A stretch of DNA of 64,000 nucleotides from Eukaryota sp. GEM-RC1 (Eukaryota), in contig JAUFOQ010000005.1 in assembly GCA_040285855.1 (NCBI GenBank), positions 1,178,001-1,242,000 of the forward strand, given 5' to 3'. The translations under genes were made by a program, and so were the position numbers. This document shows positions 62,652 through 64,000 of the stretch, one piece after another. Below the pieces are notes generated by a model. It saw only the letters and a program-made list of their open reading frames with translations. It was not told where the DNA came from and made no database searches. Position 1 is the first letter of the stretch, and each line of letters starts with the position of its first letter.

Positions 62652-63918
62652 TTAAGGAGAACTGCCGATCTGATTGATCACTACAAAATCACCATTCACT
62701 AATTTGCCTACAGTCCAGAAACGACCTGCTCCTTCAGTAGGGACTTTAACAATCTCCACAAGTCCATGTGAGTCATAGATAGCAACTTCAGCTCCACAGT
62801 CAACCATGGACTTTTCATTAGAGTAATTGTGAACATAAAGCTTAAAAGTTCCTGTAGTTCCATCACCATGGATTTTAATAGTTTCAGGTCCATACCCTTG
62901 TTGTCTATCAATGTCGAGGATTGCAGCATGCTTTCCTCCACATTGTCTGGTGCTGTAGTAGACGTGACAGTTATCCGGATTCACTAAATGAAGGTCAAGA
63001 TCTCTTGGTTGTGCACGCCAATTCAAAACAAATCGGAATTCATTACCTTTCAACTTCTTTGATAAAGTAATATCAGCAACGGTTCCTTTGGGAATATCAT
63101 GATCAACTGTTAATGAACGAGTAGCCGTAAAGTAATCTTTGTGAGTAGCAGTGATCGTGTACTCACCGGGAGGTAAGATGGTCAAGATATAGACTCCATG
63201 AGGATCTACATGTGTAGTCTTTCCTTTTGGACCTGAAATGGAAACAGAAGCTCCCTCAATAGGTCCGGCAGTAGTTGCGTCAATGACATATCCACTAACT
63301 GAATGTGTAACAGGGGGGTGTGGGTGGGGGACAGTGATAGTCATCTACTTTAAAGAGGTGAGAATCTCTTTCAAAGAAGGTGGGCGTCATATCATCAATA
63401 TCCATAGTCAAGTCCATCATACCGGTTTCAAGGACCGTTCTAAGAACTTGTGCAAAGGACGTTCATCGTGAACCACTCTTTTAATCCACCACTTGAAACC
63501 CATTCCGTAACCCATTTTGAACTCCCAGACTTCACAGTCTTCACCACGCAGAGTTTCTTGACCAGTGTAATAAGTAAGAGGAGGAAGAGCTGTGGGATAG
63601 ATTTCGTCAGTGAGTTCCTCTGTTTCACAACTATGGTAAGCGAATAACCAAACGGACACACCTGAGTTGACCAAACTGCTTCTGAATCATGTAGGAAGTT
63701 TTGGCAACATAGTCGTCGATTTGGATACCTTCAACACCAAATTGCTTGAACTCTGAGCGGGTTCTCATGTTGGGGTAATCAAAGTAGTATTTTCCCTTCT
63801 GTTTACCGATAAATGGGATCTCAATAGTGACCATTCCAGTCCAACTATCTGGCACATCGGGGAAAGGAGGAGCTGCAAAACAAATGGCAACAACGAAAAA
63901 CACCAAGAACAGTTTCAT
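62652..63918 (-). CDS. Secreted protein: EPDR/LolA-like domain + Pro linker + carboxypeptidase-regulatory-like + YfaP-like domain
   Basis: Signal peptide; YYFDYPNMRTR..IDDY..GEDCEVW; SGYVIDATT..PIEGASV..PGEYTITA; VLNW..DLDLH..LDID..GYGPETI. One 31-nt intron (63661-63631) plus two homopolymer frame breaks (~63455, ~63315). Confidence 0.65.
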
Positions 63919-64000
63919 ATGGGGGTGATTTTCGGCTTTATCAACTGATCTAGATTTTATAGCACTGGGCGTTCAGATCAGATTTCATTTCAGATTTCGG

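Noticed and set aside
124..63674. Numerous short antisense or overlapping ORFs in the track
   Set aside because: Shadows of real genes or TE sequence, with no independent evidence.

Overview
A compact, AT-rich eukaryotic (protist-like) genomic window. It holds about 25 housekeeping or lineage-specific genes, including XPF, two tandem ABCF paralogues, a two-domain thymidine kinase, PRMT1, primase large subunit, RPF1, AP-4 epsilon, Fip1, UGGT, a GlpT-like MFS transporter, RPL11, Med21, Nop16, a Sel1-repeat protein, RPL8, Swi3/SMARCC and a secreted EPDR-like/YfaP-like protein. Seven tiny GT-AG introns (28-33 nt) all end in a fused branch-point/acceptor motif, CTHAYYWYAG, reminiscent of metamonads; the taxon is an inference only. 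Intergenic DNA carries at least seven different hAT-type MITEs with 8-bp target-site duplications and five decayed RLE-type non-LTR retrotransposon 3' ends. One MITE is nested in another, one sits inside a retroelement, and one has an empty-site paralogue in the window. Many genes are broken by frameshifts at homopolymers, probably long-read errors. Two anomalies are harder to dismiss. The primase large subunit is colinear with homologues yet has two in-frame stops (TAG, and TGA at the conserved Trp). Both diverged ABCF paralogues carry an identical +1 frameshift just before the first SGG signature motif. All protein calls are by eye from motifs; no searches were run.
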